Origin: Anaeromyxobacteraceae bacterium
Lineage (GTDB): Bacteria > Myxococcota > Myxococcia > Myxococcales > Anaeromyxobacteraceae
Direction of reading: 5' to 3'
DNA: 64,000 bases
Assembly: GCA_047602405.1 (NCBI GenBank)
Contig: JASGHJ010000001.1
Location: 832,001 to 896,000 of the forward strand
Both the position numbers and the translations under genes were made by a program. Of the stretch, positions 22,906 to 33,473 are shown piece after piece (position 1 is the stretch's first letter; the number at the start of each line of letters is the position of its first letter). The notes under the pieces are model-generated. The model searched no databases. It had not been told where the DNA came from and saw only the letters and a program-made list of their open reading frames with translations.

Positions 22906-24218
22906 CGACGGCCGTGGCCGCGCCCGAGCAGGCGTGGTGGCGGGAGCCCACCCGCGCGCAGTGGACCACCTTCCTCGCCGCGTGGGCGGGCTGGGTGCTC
23001 GACGCGTTCGACTTCACCATCTACCTGCTCGCGATGGCCGACATCATGAAGGAGTTCGGCGTCGGCGCCGTCGCGACGTCGATCTCGGTCACGCTGACGC
23101 TCCTCCTGCGCCTCGCGGGCGGGGTCGGCTCTGGCTGGCTCGCCGACCGCTATGGGCGGAAGCTGCCGCTCGTCATCTCGCTCGTCTGGTTCGCCGTGTG
23201 CGACGGCGCGGTCGCCTTCGCGCCGAGCTTCGCGTGGGTGCTCGCGTTCCGCACGCTCTTCGGGCTCGGCATGGGCGCGCAGTGGACCGCCGGCGCGACG
23301 CTCGCGATGGAGAACTGGCCGGCGCGGAGCCGCGGCATCGCGTCGGGCATCCTGCAGGGCTCCTGGGCCATCGGCTACATCGTCGCGGCGCTCGTGTACT
23401 GGGCCATCGAGCCGACGCTGGGCTGGCGGCCGCTCTTCATGATCGCCGCGGTCCCGGCGCTGCTCGCGCTGCCGATCTGGTTCTTTGTGCCGGAGAGCCC
23501 GGACTGGCAGAAGGCGAAGGCGCAGAAGGCGAACGTCACCCTCGCGGATCTCAAGGCCGAGAAGGTGATCCTGCGCGTCGTCTGGGCGTCGGTGCTCTGG
23601 GCCACCTCCTTCGCGGTCTACTACGGCCTCTCGGGCATGTGGCCGGCGCTGCTCCGCACGACCTTCCAGCTCGGCGCGCGCGAGATCGCCTGGCTCGTCA
23701 TCGTCTTCAACCTCGGCATGATGGCGGGCGCCATCACCTGGGGCACCACCGCCTCGAAGAAGGGCGCCGTCTTCGCGCTCATCGTGCCGCTCGTGATCCT
23801 GCTCCCGGCGCTGCCGCTCTACGTGGGCGGCTGGTCGTTCGGCGCGCCGGCGGTCGGCACCATCCCGAACGCGCTCTGGCTGGGCGCCTTCGTGTCGGGC
23901 GCGACCGGCGCCGGCATCTCCGGCGTCACCCCGATGCTGCTCACCTCACTCTTCCCGGCGCGGGTGCGCGGCCTCTCGGTCGGCGTCGTCTACCACGTGG
24001 GCGCGCTGCTCGCCGCGCCGAGCTCCACCCTCGTCGCCTGGATGGGCGGCAGCATCGGGCTCGGCAACGCCATCGTCGCCCTCGTGGCCGTCGCCGCGAT
24101 CGTCACCGTGCTGATCCTGGTCTTCCGCCCCGCCGGGGCGCTCCCGTCGAGCGCGCTCGGCACCGCCTCCACCCCGAACCCGGGCGCGAGCCCGGCCAGC
24201 CCGCAGCAGACCCGCTGA
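22902..24218 (+). CDS. MFS transporter (SHS/carboxylate symporter-like)
   Basis: WVLDAFDF, GWLADRYGRK, RGIASGILQGSWAIG. Confidence 0.88.
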   Translation: MTTAVAAPEQAWWREPTRAQWTTFLAAWAGWVLDAFDFTIYLLAMADIMKEFGVGAVATSISVTLTLLLRLAGGVGSGWLADRYGRKLPLVISLVWFAVCDGAVAFAPSFAWVLAFRTLFGLGMGAQWTAGATLAMENWPARSRGIASGILQGSWAIGYIVAALVYWAIEPTLGWRPLFMIAAVPALLALPIWFFVPESPDWQKAKAQKANVTLADLKAEKVILRVVWASVLWATSFAVYYGLSGMWPALLRTTFQLGAREIAWLVIVFNLGMMAGAITWGTTASKKGAVFALIVPLVILLPALPLYVGGWSFGAPAVGTIPNALWLGAFVSGATGAGISGVTPMLLTSLFPARVRGLSVGVVYHVGALLAAPSSTLVAWMGGSIGLGNAIVALVAVAAIVTVLILVFRPAGALPSSALGTASTPNPGASPASPQQTR

Positions 24219-24241
24219 AGCACCCACAAAGGAGCTCGACC

Positions 24242-24853
24242 ATGAAGCGCATCCTCGCGACCGCCCTCGCCGCCACGCTGCTCGCCGCCTGCGGCAGCGA
24301 CAGCAACGACACCACCAACACCAACCCGACGCTCACCACCGCCGCCGAGATCAAGACCTACCTCGACGGCAAGAGCTGGAAGATGACGGGCGCCGACATC
24401 CCGGCCTTCCCGAACGGCTACAACGCCAACACGAACTACGGCGCGGCGACGCAGTGCTACAACGAGACCGTCATCGCGACGAACGCCAACTGGACGGTCA
24501 CCTCGAAGCTCGGGACGCTCAACGGCGCGACGACGGTCGGCTCCACGGGCACCTGCGACAAGTCCACGCCGTCGGGCAGCCCGCTCACGTTCACCTCGAC
24601 CGCGATCCTGATCGAGAACGTCTCCGGCAACGCCGACTGCTTCGACGTCACGGCCACCTACGCCACGTTCGCCCAGGCGGGCCGCGGCAAGTTCTCCGCC
24701 GACGGCAAGACGATGACGCTCGAGCTCTACTTCTCGACGCAGGCGACGAAGAACCGCTGCGCGGACGGCGCGGTCGGGTCGGCCACCGTCACGCTCAACG
24801 GCGCCGTGAACTACGACGGCTCGAAGTCGCTCCAGGTCTACCGCCTCCAGTAG
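24242..24853 (+). CDS. Lipoprotein of unknown function
   Basis: AAAGGAG RBS; lipobox LLAAC; Thr-rich beta content with four further Cys. Confidence 0.8.
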   Translation: MKRILATALAATLLAACGSDSNDTTNTNPTLTTAAEIKTYLDGKSWKMTGADIPAFPNGYNANTNYGAATQCYNETVIATNANWTVTSKLGTLNGATTVGSTGTCDKSTPSGSPLTFTSTAILIENVSGNADCFDVTATYATFAQAGRGKFSADGKTMTLELYFSTQATKNRCADGAVGSATVTLNGAVNYDGSKSLQVYRLQ

Positions 24854-24864
24854 TCGCCTCCACC

Positions 24865-24899
24865 GGTGGCCCGGGCGCGACGCAGGCGCCCGGGCCATC
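24865..24899. other. Intergenic stem-loop
   Basis: GGTGGCCCGGGCGC-loop-GCGCCCGGGCCATC, with no U-tract. Confidence 0.5.
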
Positions 24900-24940
24900 G
24901 GCCCGTCTCGCCACCACCGCCTCGACACCGGGAGAGCCGA

Positions 24941-26587
24941 ATGGCACCGACCCCCGCATCACAGCTCCGGACGCTGGCCCTCGCCGCCGCGCTGCTCGCG
25001 GCCGGCCCGGCCCTCGCGCAGACGCCGACCGTGCCCGGCCTGTACCACGGCGACTGGTACGACTCGAACGCCCGGGAGCACGACGCGCCCCCGCAGGAGT
25101 TCCGGCTCATCAACTACTTCTTCACGCGCGGCACCGTGACGAACCTGATCGGCGATCCGTCCGGCCTCAAGGGCGTGGCCCTCGGGCCGATCGGCAACTA
25201 CGCGGGCAGCCTCGTGACGACCGGCGCCGGCTCGGGCATGTGGGTCGAGCAGCGGTGGATCCCGGTCATCGAGTACACGCCCAACTTCCTCGACGGCCGC
25301 GCCGCCTTCCGCGCGCAGTTCGAGATCGACTACATGTGGGGCTGGACCGCGAACAGCCAGGGCCAGAACGTCGGCGGCGGCCTCAACGCCGACCAGGTGA
25401 ACGTCCAGACGAAGAACGTCAACTTCGCCTGGTATCCGTACAAGGACCCCGACAAGTTCACGCTCCTCGCGGGCACCCAGTCGCTCTACGACAACGTGCT
25501 CGACCCCACCCGCACCGGCCTCAACGACATCACCCGCACCGGCTACAAGCTCGCCTACGCGGGCACCGACGCGACCGGCATCCAGGCGTTCCGCGCCGCG
25601 GCCACCGACCGCGAGCGCATCGCCTGGTTCCCGCTGAACGGCGCGCAGCCCGACAAGGCGACGAAGAACGACCCCCGCCTCGCCTTCGACTGGATCGCGA
25701 TGGCCGACGGCGCCCTCGAGCTCGCCCCCGGCACCTGGCTCGGCGCCTCGCTCTGGTTCCTGAACGACACCACGAAGAGCGACGCCTGGGCCTACGAGGG
25801 CCTGGTGCGCGCCGGGCCCGCCTCGGGCACCCTCGCGCCCTACACCGGCACCCAGCCGTTCCAGATCGAGCGCGCGAACGGCAACGTCGTGTGGCTCGGC
25901 GTGAACGGCCACCACAACGTCGACTTCCGCGCGGGCCGCCTCGGCGCCTCCGGCTTCTTCATGTACAACGCCGGCAAGTTCGTCTCGAAGAAGACCGACA
26001 CCCTCCTCAACAAGGAGGTCTCGATCCGCGGCTTCTCCGCTGACGCCGAGCTCCTCTGGAACTACGGCCGGAACGCGAACGAGCTCGTGAGCCTCGAGGC
26101 GATCGTCTCGAACGGCGACGAGGATCCGACCGACAAGAAGTACACGGGCCCCTTCACCCTCAACTACTACGGCCTCCCCGGCGCGGTGTTCTTCAACCAC
26201 CGGCTCCTGCTCCTCATGCCGTTCACGAGCACGGTGGGCAACTACACCGGCGCGGTCACCGACATCTCGAACCAGGGCTCCGGCCTGCTCGCGGTGGTGG
26301 CCTCCGCCTCGCGCGACCTCGTCCCGAACAAGCTCAACCTGAAGCTCGGCGCCGGCCACGGGCAGGCGTGGGCGAAGCCGGTGGCCTTCGCGAACAGCGC
26401 CACCGGCCGCGGCAAGACCCTCGGCACCGAGGTGAACGCCGAGCTCAAGTACACGTACCGGTTCCTCATGACCTTCGGCGTGCACGCCGCGTACATGTTC
26501 CGCGGCGACTGGTTCGACGGCGAGACCTCGCGCGTGAAGCAGAACCCCTACGGCGTCTTCACCACCCTCACCTGGTACGGCTTCTAG
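24941..26587 (+). CDS. Putative outer-membrane beta-barrel protein
   Basis: Signal peptide ...GPALAQ; amphipathic beta strands; terminal aromatic motif TLTWYGF. Confidence 0.7.
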   Translation: MAPTPASQLRTLALAAALLAAGPALAQTPTVPGLYHGDWYDSNAREHDAPPQEFRLINYFFTRGTVTNLIGDPSGLKGVALGPIGNYAGSLVTTGAGSGMWVEQRWIPVIEYTPNFLDGRAAFRAQFEIDYMWGWTANSQGQNVGGGLNADQVNVQTKNVNFAWYPYKDPDKFTLLAGTQSLYDNVLDPTRTGLNDITRTGYKLAYAGTDATGIQAFRAAATDRERIAWFPLNGAQPDKATKNDPRLAFDWIAMADGALELAPGTWLGASLWFLNDTTKSDAWAYEGLVRAGPASGTLAPYTGTQPFQIERANGNVVWLGVNGHHNVDFRAGRLGASGFFMYNAGKFVSKKTDTLLNKEVSIRGFSADAELLWNYGRNANELVSLEAIVSNGDEDPTDKKYTGPFTLNYYGLPGAVFFNHRLLLLMPFTSTVGNYTGAVTDISNQGSGLLAVVASASRDLVPNKLNLKLGAGHGQAWAKPVAFANSATGRGKTLGTEVNAELKYTYRFLMTFGVHAAYMFRGDWFDGETSRVKQNPYGVFTTLTWYGF

Positions 26588-26596
26588 GAGGCCGCC

Positions 26597-27613
26597 ATGC
26601 GCACGATCTCACTGTCCGTGATCATGCTCGCCGGCGTCCTCGCCGGCACCGGTTGCGCCACCCGCTACTCCAGCCGCGGCACGCAGACCTTCGCCGAGAT
26701 CCCGTACCAGGGTCCGGAGGGCAAGGCGTGGCCGGTCGCCTACACCGAGCTCCCCGGCGTCGCGAAGACCTACGGCATGGCCAAGGCGCCGAAGGTCGCC
26801 TACGTCGAGCTCGGCAAGGGCGGCGCGAAGGGCGACATCGTCTTCATGCACGGCCTCGGGAGCTACCTGAAGTTCTGGTACTTCCAGCTCGACGCCTTCG
26901 CGCAGGCCGGCTGGCACGTCGTCGCGATCGACCAGCCGGGCTACGGCAAGTCGGAGAAGCCGGCGTCCTTCCCGTACACCATGGAGGCGATGGCCGACGT
27001 GGTGCACGAGGTGGCCGGGCAGCTGGGGCTCAAGAAGCCCGTGCTCGTCGGCCACTCGATGGGCGGCCAGACCGCGCTCTCCTACGCGATCCGCTACCCC
27101 GACGACGTCGGCCGGCTCGTGCTGGTCGCCCCGGCCGGCTTCGAGGAGTTCTCGGCGCGCGAGAAGGAGTGGTTCCACCGCGCCTTCTCGAGCGTGCTCG
27201 TGAAGAAGGCGACCGAGTACGGCATCTGGGGCTCGGTCGCGTACCAGAACTTCTCGCGGTTCCGTCCCGAGCTCGAGTGGCTCGTAGAGGAGCGCGTGCG
27301 GGTGGTCGGCGATCCGACGTTCGACCAGTACGCCTACGCGCAGGTCCGCAGCGTGAACGGCCTCGCGGCCGACGACTTCACCCGCCAGAGCGCGGGCCTC
27401 GTGAAGGCGCCGGTCCTCATCGTGTACGGCGACGAGGACAAGCTCATCCCGAGCCCGTTCATGCACGCCGGCTTCACGAGCGACTTCTTCGAGAAGGCCG
27501 CGGCGACGGTGCCGGGCGCGAAGCTCGTGGGCCTGAAGGGCTGCGGGCACTGCGTGCAGCTCGACTGCCCGAAGGAGTGGGCGGACGCGGTGAACGGGTT
27601 CCTGGGGAAGTAG
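26597..27613 (+). CDS. Lipoprotein alpha/beta hydrolase (esterase)
   Basis: Lipobox GTGC; HGLG, DQPGYGKS, GHSMGG, GDEDKLIP, GH. Confidence 0.9.
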   Translation: MRTISLSVIMLAGVLAGTGCATRYSSRGTQTFAEIPYQGPEGKAWPVAYTELPGVAKTYGMAKAPKVAYVELGKGGAKGDIVFMHGLGSYLKFWYFQLDAFAQAGWHVVAIDQPGYGKSEKPASFPYTMEAMADVVHEVAGQLGLKKPVLVGHSMGGQTALSYAIRYPDDVGRLVLVAPAGFEEFSAREKEWFHRAFSSVLVKKATEYGIWGSVAYQNFSRFRPELEWLVEERVRVVGDPTFDQYAYAQVRSVNGLAADDFTRQSAGLVKAPVLIVYGDEDKLIPSPFMHAGFTSDFFEKAAATVPGAKLVGLKGCGHCVQLDCPKEWADAVNGFLGK

Positions 27614-27631
27614 TCCGGGCTCCAGGGCGGC

Positions 27632-28885
27632 TCACCTCTCCGCGGCGCCAGGGGCCGCGGAGAGGATGAGCCGCGCGAGCTTGTCGTAGTCGCGGTCGAA
27701 GTGGTGGCCGCCCGGCAGCACCCAGCGGCGCACGTTCGGCCGCGCGGCGATGGCGGGGCAGCCCGAGTCACCCTCGTCGGATCCCTCCACGCAGATGACC
27801 GGCAGCGCCCCGAGCGCCTCGACCGCGCGCGCGGTGGACATCGCCGCGCGCCGCTTGATCGAGAAGAGCACGTCGAGCGAGTGGACCTCGAACTCGGCGA
27901 AGGTGCCCGGGCCGAGCATGCCGACGAGCACGACCCGGCGCCGGACGTCCTCGGGGAGGCGCGGCGGCAGGAACGGCACGAGGTCCGCGCCGCGCGAGTA
28001 GCCGAGGAGCAGGACCTCCTCGCGCCCCCAGGCCGCGCGGTAGTGCCGGACGATCCGCGCGAGCGCGTCGGCCGTCTCCTCCGGTGTCCGGCGCTTCCAG
28101 AAGTACGCGAGCGAGTCGAGGCCGACCACCGGCACGCCGGCGGCCGCGAGCGACGCCGAGAGGCCCTTGTCGAGCCCGGCCCACCCGCCGTCGCCCGTGA
28201 GCAGCACGGCGAGGCGGGTGCCGGACACGGCCGACGGCACCTCGTGGAGCGGCAGGTCCGAGACGTCGGCCCTGGCCCCGGCGTCCGGAGGTGCGCCAGC
28301 GTTGCCGGGGGACGCCCCGGCCGGGGCCGGCTCGGCCGGGCGGTCGGCCAGGAGGGGCGTCAGGGCCGCCCGGGCACCGGCCGTGTCCGGCACCCGCAGG
28401 ACCGCCGTCTTCACGGCCTCCTTGCCCTCGCAGAGGCGCGCCGGGCGCGGCTGGCCGGGCGCTGGGGCCTCCGGGGCCGGGCTCAGGAGGATGGCTCCGC
28501 GGAACGTCCCGTCCGGCGCCTGGGCGACCGCGCCCGCGGCCGCGGGCACGCCGGGGCCGAGGCCCACGAGGATGGGCCGGAGGTACGCGGGGAGGCGCAG
28601 CCGCTTCTGGTCGCCCTGCGCGAGCTCCTCGAGGTCGCCGGCGAGGTACACGCAGCGCCGCGGCGCCCGGACCGCGGCGACGTGCGCCTCGACGTCGAGG
28701 TGCCGGACGACCGCGCCCGCTTCCGCGAGCTCCCGCCCGAGCAGGGCCGCGCGGGCCTTCTCCCGAGGCCCCGAGAGGAGCATCGCGTACCCGCGCGCGG
28801 CCGCGGCCCCGCCGGGCGGCGGCTCGACCGGGCCCGCCTGCGAGGCGGCCCCGAACGCGAGCGCGGCGAGGACCGCCGCCGTCAC
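27632..28885 (-). CDS. acvB: AcvB/VirJ family lysyl-phosphatidylglycerol hydrolase
   Basis: TGDGGWAGLDK, GLDSLAYFW, GYSRGAD, PGGHHFDRDY; coupled to mprF. Confidence 0.88.
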   Translation of the reverse strand: MTAAVLAALAFGAASQAGPVEPPPGGAAAARGYAMLLSGPREKARAALLGRELAEAGAVVRHLDVEAHVAAVRAPRRCVYLAGDLEELAQGDQKRLRLPAYLRPILVGLGPGVPAAAGAVAQAPDGTFRGAILLSPAPEAPAPGQPRPARLCEGKEAVKTAVLRVPDTAGARAALTPLLADRPAEPAPAGASPGNAGAPPDAGARADVSDLPLHEVPSAVSGTRLAVLLTGDGGWAGLDKGLSASLAAAGVPVVGLDSLAYFWKRRTPEETADALARIVRHYRAAWGREEVLLLGYSRGADLVPFLPPRLPEDVRRRVVLVGMLGPGTFAEFEVHSLDVLFSIKRRAAMSTARAVEALGALPVICVEGSDEGDSGCPAIAARPNVRRWVLPGGHHFDRDYDKLARLILSAAPGAAER

Positions 28886-31419
28886 CGCGCCACCACGCCC
28901 TTCAGGCCGCGGCCGACGAGCCCGGCGATGTCGGTGAGGATGAACGGGAGCCTCAGGCCGCCAGGCGCCGCGAGGTACCGCGGCCGCCACTCCGGCGCGA
29001 ACTTCTCCTTGAACTGCCTGAGGCCCTGGAAGTTGTAGAAGTCCTCGCCGAACCGGTAGAGCAGCGCCCCGAGCCGCGTCCACGCGGGCGCGAGCGCGCG
29101 CTGCTCGAAGCCGGAGAACGGCGCCATCCCGAGGTTGAACCGCGCGTAGCCCTCCGCCCTTCCCCACAGGAAGAGCGACACGAACAGGAACTCCATCGCG
29201 CTCCGCGGCGCGTCGGGCGTGAAGCGCATGAGGTCGATCGAGAGCTCGACCTTCGCCGTGGAGGTCCACACGTTCGCGAACGCCACGATGCGCCCGTGCA
29301 GCCGCGCGACGGCGACCGGCCCCTCGGCGAGGTAGCCGGGCTGGAACCAGCCGAGCGAGAAGCCCTTCTCGCGCACCTTCTTCTGCGCGAGCCAGCCGTC
29401 GGAGACGTCGCGCAGCGCCGGGAGGACGCCCGGCACCGCCGCGGCGGGGAGCACCTCGAACGCGAGCCCGTCGCGCTCGGCGCGGTGGTAGGCCTGCCGC
29501 AGGCCCCGCCGCTCACCGCCCTCGAGCGAGAAGTCGCCGAGCGGCACGATCGCCTCCTCGCCGAGCTTGAGCAGCGAGAGCCCGAGGTCGAGGTAGCGCG
29601 GCAGGGCGTCGGGCCCGACCTGGTAGAAGCAGGTCCACCCGTGGTGCGCGTCGGAGAGCTCGCGGAAGCGCCACGCGAGCTCGGTGGCCTGGTCGTCCGG
29701 CCCGACCGGATCGCCCATGGCGACCCAGCTGCGCCCCTGGACCGCGTACATGAGGAACGCCTCGCCCGACGGGGAGAAGAGGAGCGGCTTGTCGCCCACG
29801 AGCGCGAGGTGGCTCGCGGACTCGGGCGAGCGCTCGATGACGGGCCGCGCGCGGTCGAGCTCGTCCGGCCCGGGCGGCTCCGGCTCGCCGGGCGCCGGGC
29901 GGAGCAGCGTCGAGAGCCCGTAGAGCACGACGAGCGAGCCGCCGGCGACCGCCGCGCGCAGGAAGCGCGGCGCGTCGGCGTGGAAGGCGAAGGTGAACCA
30001 CAGGTCGTGCGAGTACTCGACGTGGCGGTAGCTGAAGAACCCGATCCAGATCGAGACCGCGACGAGGACGAGGATCGTGACGATGAAGGGGCCGGACAGC
30101 GGCTGGCCGAGGAGCGACGAGCGCCGGTAGAACTGCGCCCGGAACGGGAGCAGCACCAGCATGAAGGCGATCATCAGGCTCGCCTCCTCCCAGTCGAGCC
30201 CCTTCGCGAGCGAGACGATCGCGCCCGCCCCGAGCAGGACCAGCGCGGCCACCCAGGCGCCGTCGAGCCGCCGGAACAGGCTCCGCGCCAGCAGCAGGAG
30301 CCCGGTGCCGGCGAGCGAGCCGAGGAGGTGCGAGGCCTCGAGCACCGGCAGCGGCACCGCGCGGCGGAGGAGGTGCAGGCGCTCGGCCACGGTCGGCGTC
30401 GCGCCCGACACCAGCAGCACGCCGCCCGCGACGATGGCGGCGGTCGCGGCCAGCCACGGCACGATGGGCGCGAAGGAGGCGTGGCCGCCGCGCACGATGC
30501 GCCGGACGAGCTCACGGCGGACGACGAGCTCGTTCGCGACCAGCATGGCGAAGGCCGCGAGGAACGGGGCGAGGTAGTAGATGGCGCGGTAGGCGAGGAG
30601 CGCGCCGAGGAGCCGCGGCGCGGGCACGACGCCCGAGAGCGCCGCGAGCACGACGGAGTCGAAGACGCCCAGCCCTCCCGGCACCTGGGACGCGAGGCCG
30701 GCGACCTGCGCGGCGACGAAGAGCCCGAGCAGCGCGGGGAACGAGATCGCCCCCGGCGGCAGGAGCACGTAGAGCACCGCGGAGGCAACCGCCCAGTCGG
30801 CCGCGGAGACGAGCACCTGCCCGAGCGCGAGCGGGAGCGACGGCAGCTGGACCTCGAGGCTGCCGAGCCGCACCGGCGCGGTCGCGCGCCAGGCGCCGAC
30901 GAGGTAGGCGGCGGTCAGCGCGAGCGCGAGGCCGCCCGCGAGCAGCGCGATCGGCTCCGGCAGCGGGACCTTCACGCCGGCGAGCAGCGCCACGCCCGCG
31001 ACCGGGAGCAGCCCCGCCCAGAGCTGCGAGGCGGTGAAGCCGATGATCTTCCCGACCTCGACGGCGGAGAGGCCGAACTGGCTGTAGAGCCTGAGCCGGA
31101 CGGAGCCGGACGAGAGGAGCGCGAAGCCGACGTTGTTGCCGAAGGCGTAGGAGACGAAGGAGGTGAAGACGACCTGCGGGAGCGGCAGCGTGCGCCCCGC
31201 GTAGCGGAGCGCGAGGAGGTCGTAGCCGGAGAGGAGCAGGTAGTCGGCCGCGGTGATGAACGCGGCGAGCGCGAGCGCCCCTCCGGGGAGCCCGGAGGTG
31301 GCGCCGCGCAGGTCGGCCCACGAGGTGCCCGCGAGCGCGCGGTGGATGGCCCAGCCCGCGGCCGCGAGGAGGACCACCGGCAGCGCGATGAGCAAGGCGC
31401 GTCCCGGTCGAGATCGCAC
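28882..31419 (-). CDS. mprF: Bifunctional aminoacyl-phosphatidylglycerol flippase/synthetase
   Basis: VPGGLGVFD, YRAIYY, MGDPVG, KLGEEA, EKGFSLG, SIDLMR, FYNFQGLRQFKEKF. Confidence 0.95.
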   Translation of the reverse strand: MRSRPGRALLIALPVVLLAAAGWAIHRALAGTSWADLRGATSGLPGGALALAAFITAADYLLLSGYDLLALRYAGRTLPLPQVVFTSFVSYAFGNNVGFALLSSGSVRLRLYSQFGLSAVEVGKIIGFTASQLWAGLLPVAGVALLAGVKVPLPEPIALLAGGLALALTAAYLVGAWRATAPVRLGSLEVQLPSLPLALGQVLVSAADWAVASAVLYVLLPPGAISFPALLGLFVAAQVAGLASQVPGGLGVFDSVVLAALSGVVPAPRLLGALLAYRAIYYLAPFLAAFAMLVANELVVRRELVRRIVRGGHASFAPIVPWLAATAAIVAGGVLLVSGATPTVAERLHLLRRAVPLPVLEASHLLGSLAGTGLLLLARSLFRRLDGAWVAALVLLGAGAIVSLAKGLDWEEASLMIAFMLVLLPFRAQFYRRSSLLGQPLSGPFIVTILVLVAVSIWIGFFSYRHVEYSHDLWFTFAFHADAPRFLRAAVAGGSLVVLYGLSTLLRPAPGEPEPPGPDELDRARPVIERSPESASHLALVGDKPLLFSPSGEAFLMYAVQGRSWVAMGDPVGPDDQATELAWRFRELSDAHHGWTCFYQVGPDALPRYLDLGLSLLKLGEEAIVPLGDFSLEGGERRGLRQAYHRAERDGLAFEVLPAAAVPGVLPALRDVSDGWLAQKKVREKGFSLGWFQPGYLAEGPVAVARLHGRIVAFANVWTSTAKVELSIDLMRFTPDAPRSAMEFLFVSLFLWGRAEGYARFNLGMAPFSGFEQRALAPAWTRLGALLYRFGEDFYNFQGLRQFKEKFAPEWRPRYLAAPGGLRLPFILTDIAGLVGRGLKGVVAR

Positions 31420-31590
31420 GCACCGATAACATCCGCAGGCGGGCCCGCAGTACACGGCCTCGTCCGGGGCGCGTCGAGAGCGCGCACCCGCGTTAGGTGA
31501 CGTTCGGAGGAGGCCACGGTGTTCGGAGTTACGACAGGGGCGCCCCGCACCCCGGCCCGTCGTTCCGCGGGCTTCCGCGCGCGCCCCCGC

Positions 31591-31606
31591 TGGACCGGCA
31601 GATGCA
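31591..31606 (+). promoter_or_regulatory. Possible sigma-54 promoter for the sulfatase gene
   Basis: TGGACCGGCAGATGCA, GG-N10-GC, about 30 bp before GGAG...TTG at 31635. Confidence 0.4.
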
Positions 31607-31634
31607 AACGTCACGGGGTCTCCCTGGAGCCGAC

Positions 31635-33473
31635 TTGAAGAACGACAGCCTCCCCACCCGCGCCTCCAGCCTCGCCTGGGCGCTCCTCCACGCACCGGTG
31701 GTCTTCGCGCTCTACCTGCCGCAGGTGCTCGCGGCCGTGCGCGCGGCGCCGGGCCCGTACCAGGTCGCCCTCTGGCCCACCTTCGCGGTCCAGGCGCTGA
31801 TCGTCGCCGGGGTGCCGTGGCTCGCCGCGCTGCCGCTCTCGCCGTGGCCGCGCGTCCACCGCGTCGCCGCGCCCGTCGCCACCGCGCTCGGCCTCTCGCT
31901 CGCGGTCCTCGACAGCCAGGTGCAGCGCACGGTCGGGTTCCACCTGAACGGCTTCATCCTCACGGTCCTCGGCCAGCCCACCGGGCTCTCCGAGGTCGGC
32001 CTCACCCGGGGCGCCGCGCTCGCGATCGCGGGCGGCCTCGTCGCGCTCGCGGCCACGGACGCGGTCATCGGCGCCCGTTACGTCGGGCGGTGCCGGGTCA
32101 CCCGCCGCGTGCTCCCGGCGGTGGCGGCGCTCCTCCTCCTCGGCTTCACCGAGCGCGTCTACGGGCAGGTGCTCGCCTACCGCGGCGGGCCGGCGCTCTT
32201 CGCGGCGGGGGGCGTGTTGCCGCTGCAGGTGCCGATCCGGATGGGCCACCTCCTCGGCCTCGTGCTCGGGCAGCGCGACGTGCCCGGCACGCTCGCGGCG
32301 GCGCAGCCCGGCGGGGCGCTGCCGCCGGGACTCCCGCCCGGCGAGGTGCGCTTCACCCGCACGCCGGACGTGCTCTTCGTGCTCACCGAGAGCCTGCCGC
32401 ACGATCACCTCGACGCCCGGACGATGCCCCACCTCTGGGAGCGGGCCGCCCGCGGCGCGCGCTTCACGCGGCACTACAGCTCCGCGCCCGCCACGGCGTT
32501 CGCCGTCTTCTCGACCTTCTACGGGCTGCAGGCGCAGAAGCTCGAGGCCACGGTCGGGGCCGGCCGCCGGCCGCTCGTCTTCGACGCGTTCCGCGCGAAC
32601 GGCTACGACGTGCACGCGCTCGCGGCCTCCTGCGTGGACTGGATGGACCTGAAGCAGACCGTGTTCGGCGGGCTGTCGTCCCGGCTCGAGACCTGGTGCG
32701 ACGCGCCCGGGCTCGGCCGCGACCTCGAGATGGTCGCACGCGCGCGCGCGATCGCGGCGGACACGCCGCCGGACCGGCCGCTCTTCCTGTTCCTCTTCTT
32801 CAACGCGACGCACTTCACCTACCCCCGGGCGGACGAGGACGTGGTCTTCCTCCCGGAGTGGGACGGATCGGGCGGCTTCAAGTCCACGACCGCCGACCCC
32901 GCCACCATCCGCAACCGCGCCCGCAACGCGGCGCACACCGTGGACCGGCTGCTCGACGGGCTCCTCGCCGACCTCGAGCGCGGCCGGGGCGCCGCGCCGC
33001 TCGTCGTCTTCACCGGCGACCACGGCGAGGAGTTCCGGCAGAAGGGCCACCTCGGCCACGGCTCCGACGTCGACGACGAGCAGATCCACGTCCCGCTCGT
33101 CGTCACCGGGCCCGGCGTGCCGGCGGGTGTGTTCACCGCGCCGACGAGCCACGTGGACCTCGTGCCGACGCTCCTCGCGCTGCTCGGCGACCGGCACCCG
33201 CCCGCGCGCTACGCCGACGGCCTCGACGCGTTCGCGGCGGCGCCGGACCGGTTCGTGCTCGCCACGGTGGGCTGGGAGCCGCGCTACGCGGCGATCGGGG
33301 CCGACCTCAAGGTGCGCACCTGGGCCGGCTCGCCGGCGCCGGACTACACCGACCTCGACGACCGGCCCGTCCCGGACGGCGGCGCCCGGGCCGCGGCCCG
33401 CGCCGGGGCGATCCTGAGGGCGCTGCGGGGCGGCGGCGGAGCGGAGAGCGGCGCGGACTACTCGCCGAGGTAG
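31635..33473 (+). CDS. Membrane-anchored sulfatase-like protein (YejM/PbgA-like)
   Basis: About five N-terminal TMs with GFHLNGF; FTRHYS; THFTY; TGDHGEEF; TSHVDLVPTLL. Confidence 0.8.
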   Translation: MKNDSLPTRASSLAWALLHAPVVFALYLPQVLAAVRAAPGPYQVALWPTFAVQALIVAGVPWLAALPLSPWPRVHRVAAPVATALGLSLAVLDSQVQRTVGFHLNGFILTVLGQPTGLSEVGLTRGAALAIAGGLVALAATDAVIGARYVGRCRVTRRVLPAVAALLLLGFTERVYGQVLAYRGGPALFAAGGVLPLQVPIRMGHLLGLVLGQRDVPGTLAAAQPGGALPPGLPPGEVRFTRTPDVLFVLTESLPHDHLDARTMPHLWERAARGARFTRHYSSAPATAFAVFSTFYGLQAQKLEATVGAGRRPLVFDAFRANGYDVHALAASCVDWMDLKQTVFGGLSSRLETWCDAPGLGRDLEMVARARAIAADTPPDRPLFLFLFFNATHFTYPRADEDVVFLPEWDGSGGFKSTTADPATIRNRARNAAHTVDRLLDGLLADLERGRGAAPLVVFTGDHGEEFRQKGHLGHGSDVDDEQIHVPLVVTGPGVPAGVFTAPTSHVDLVPTLLALLGDRHPPARYADGLDAFAAAPDRFVLATVGWEPRYAAIGADLKVRTWAGSPAPDYTDLDDRPVPDGGARAAARAGAILRALRGGGGAESGADYSPR

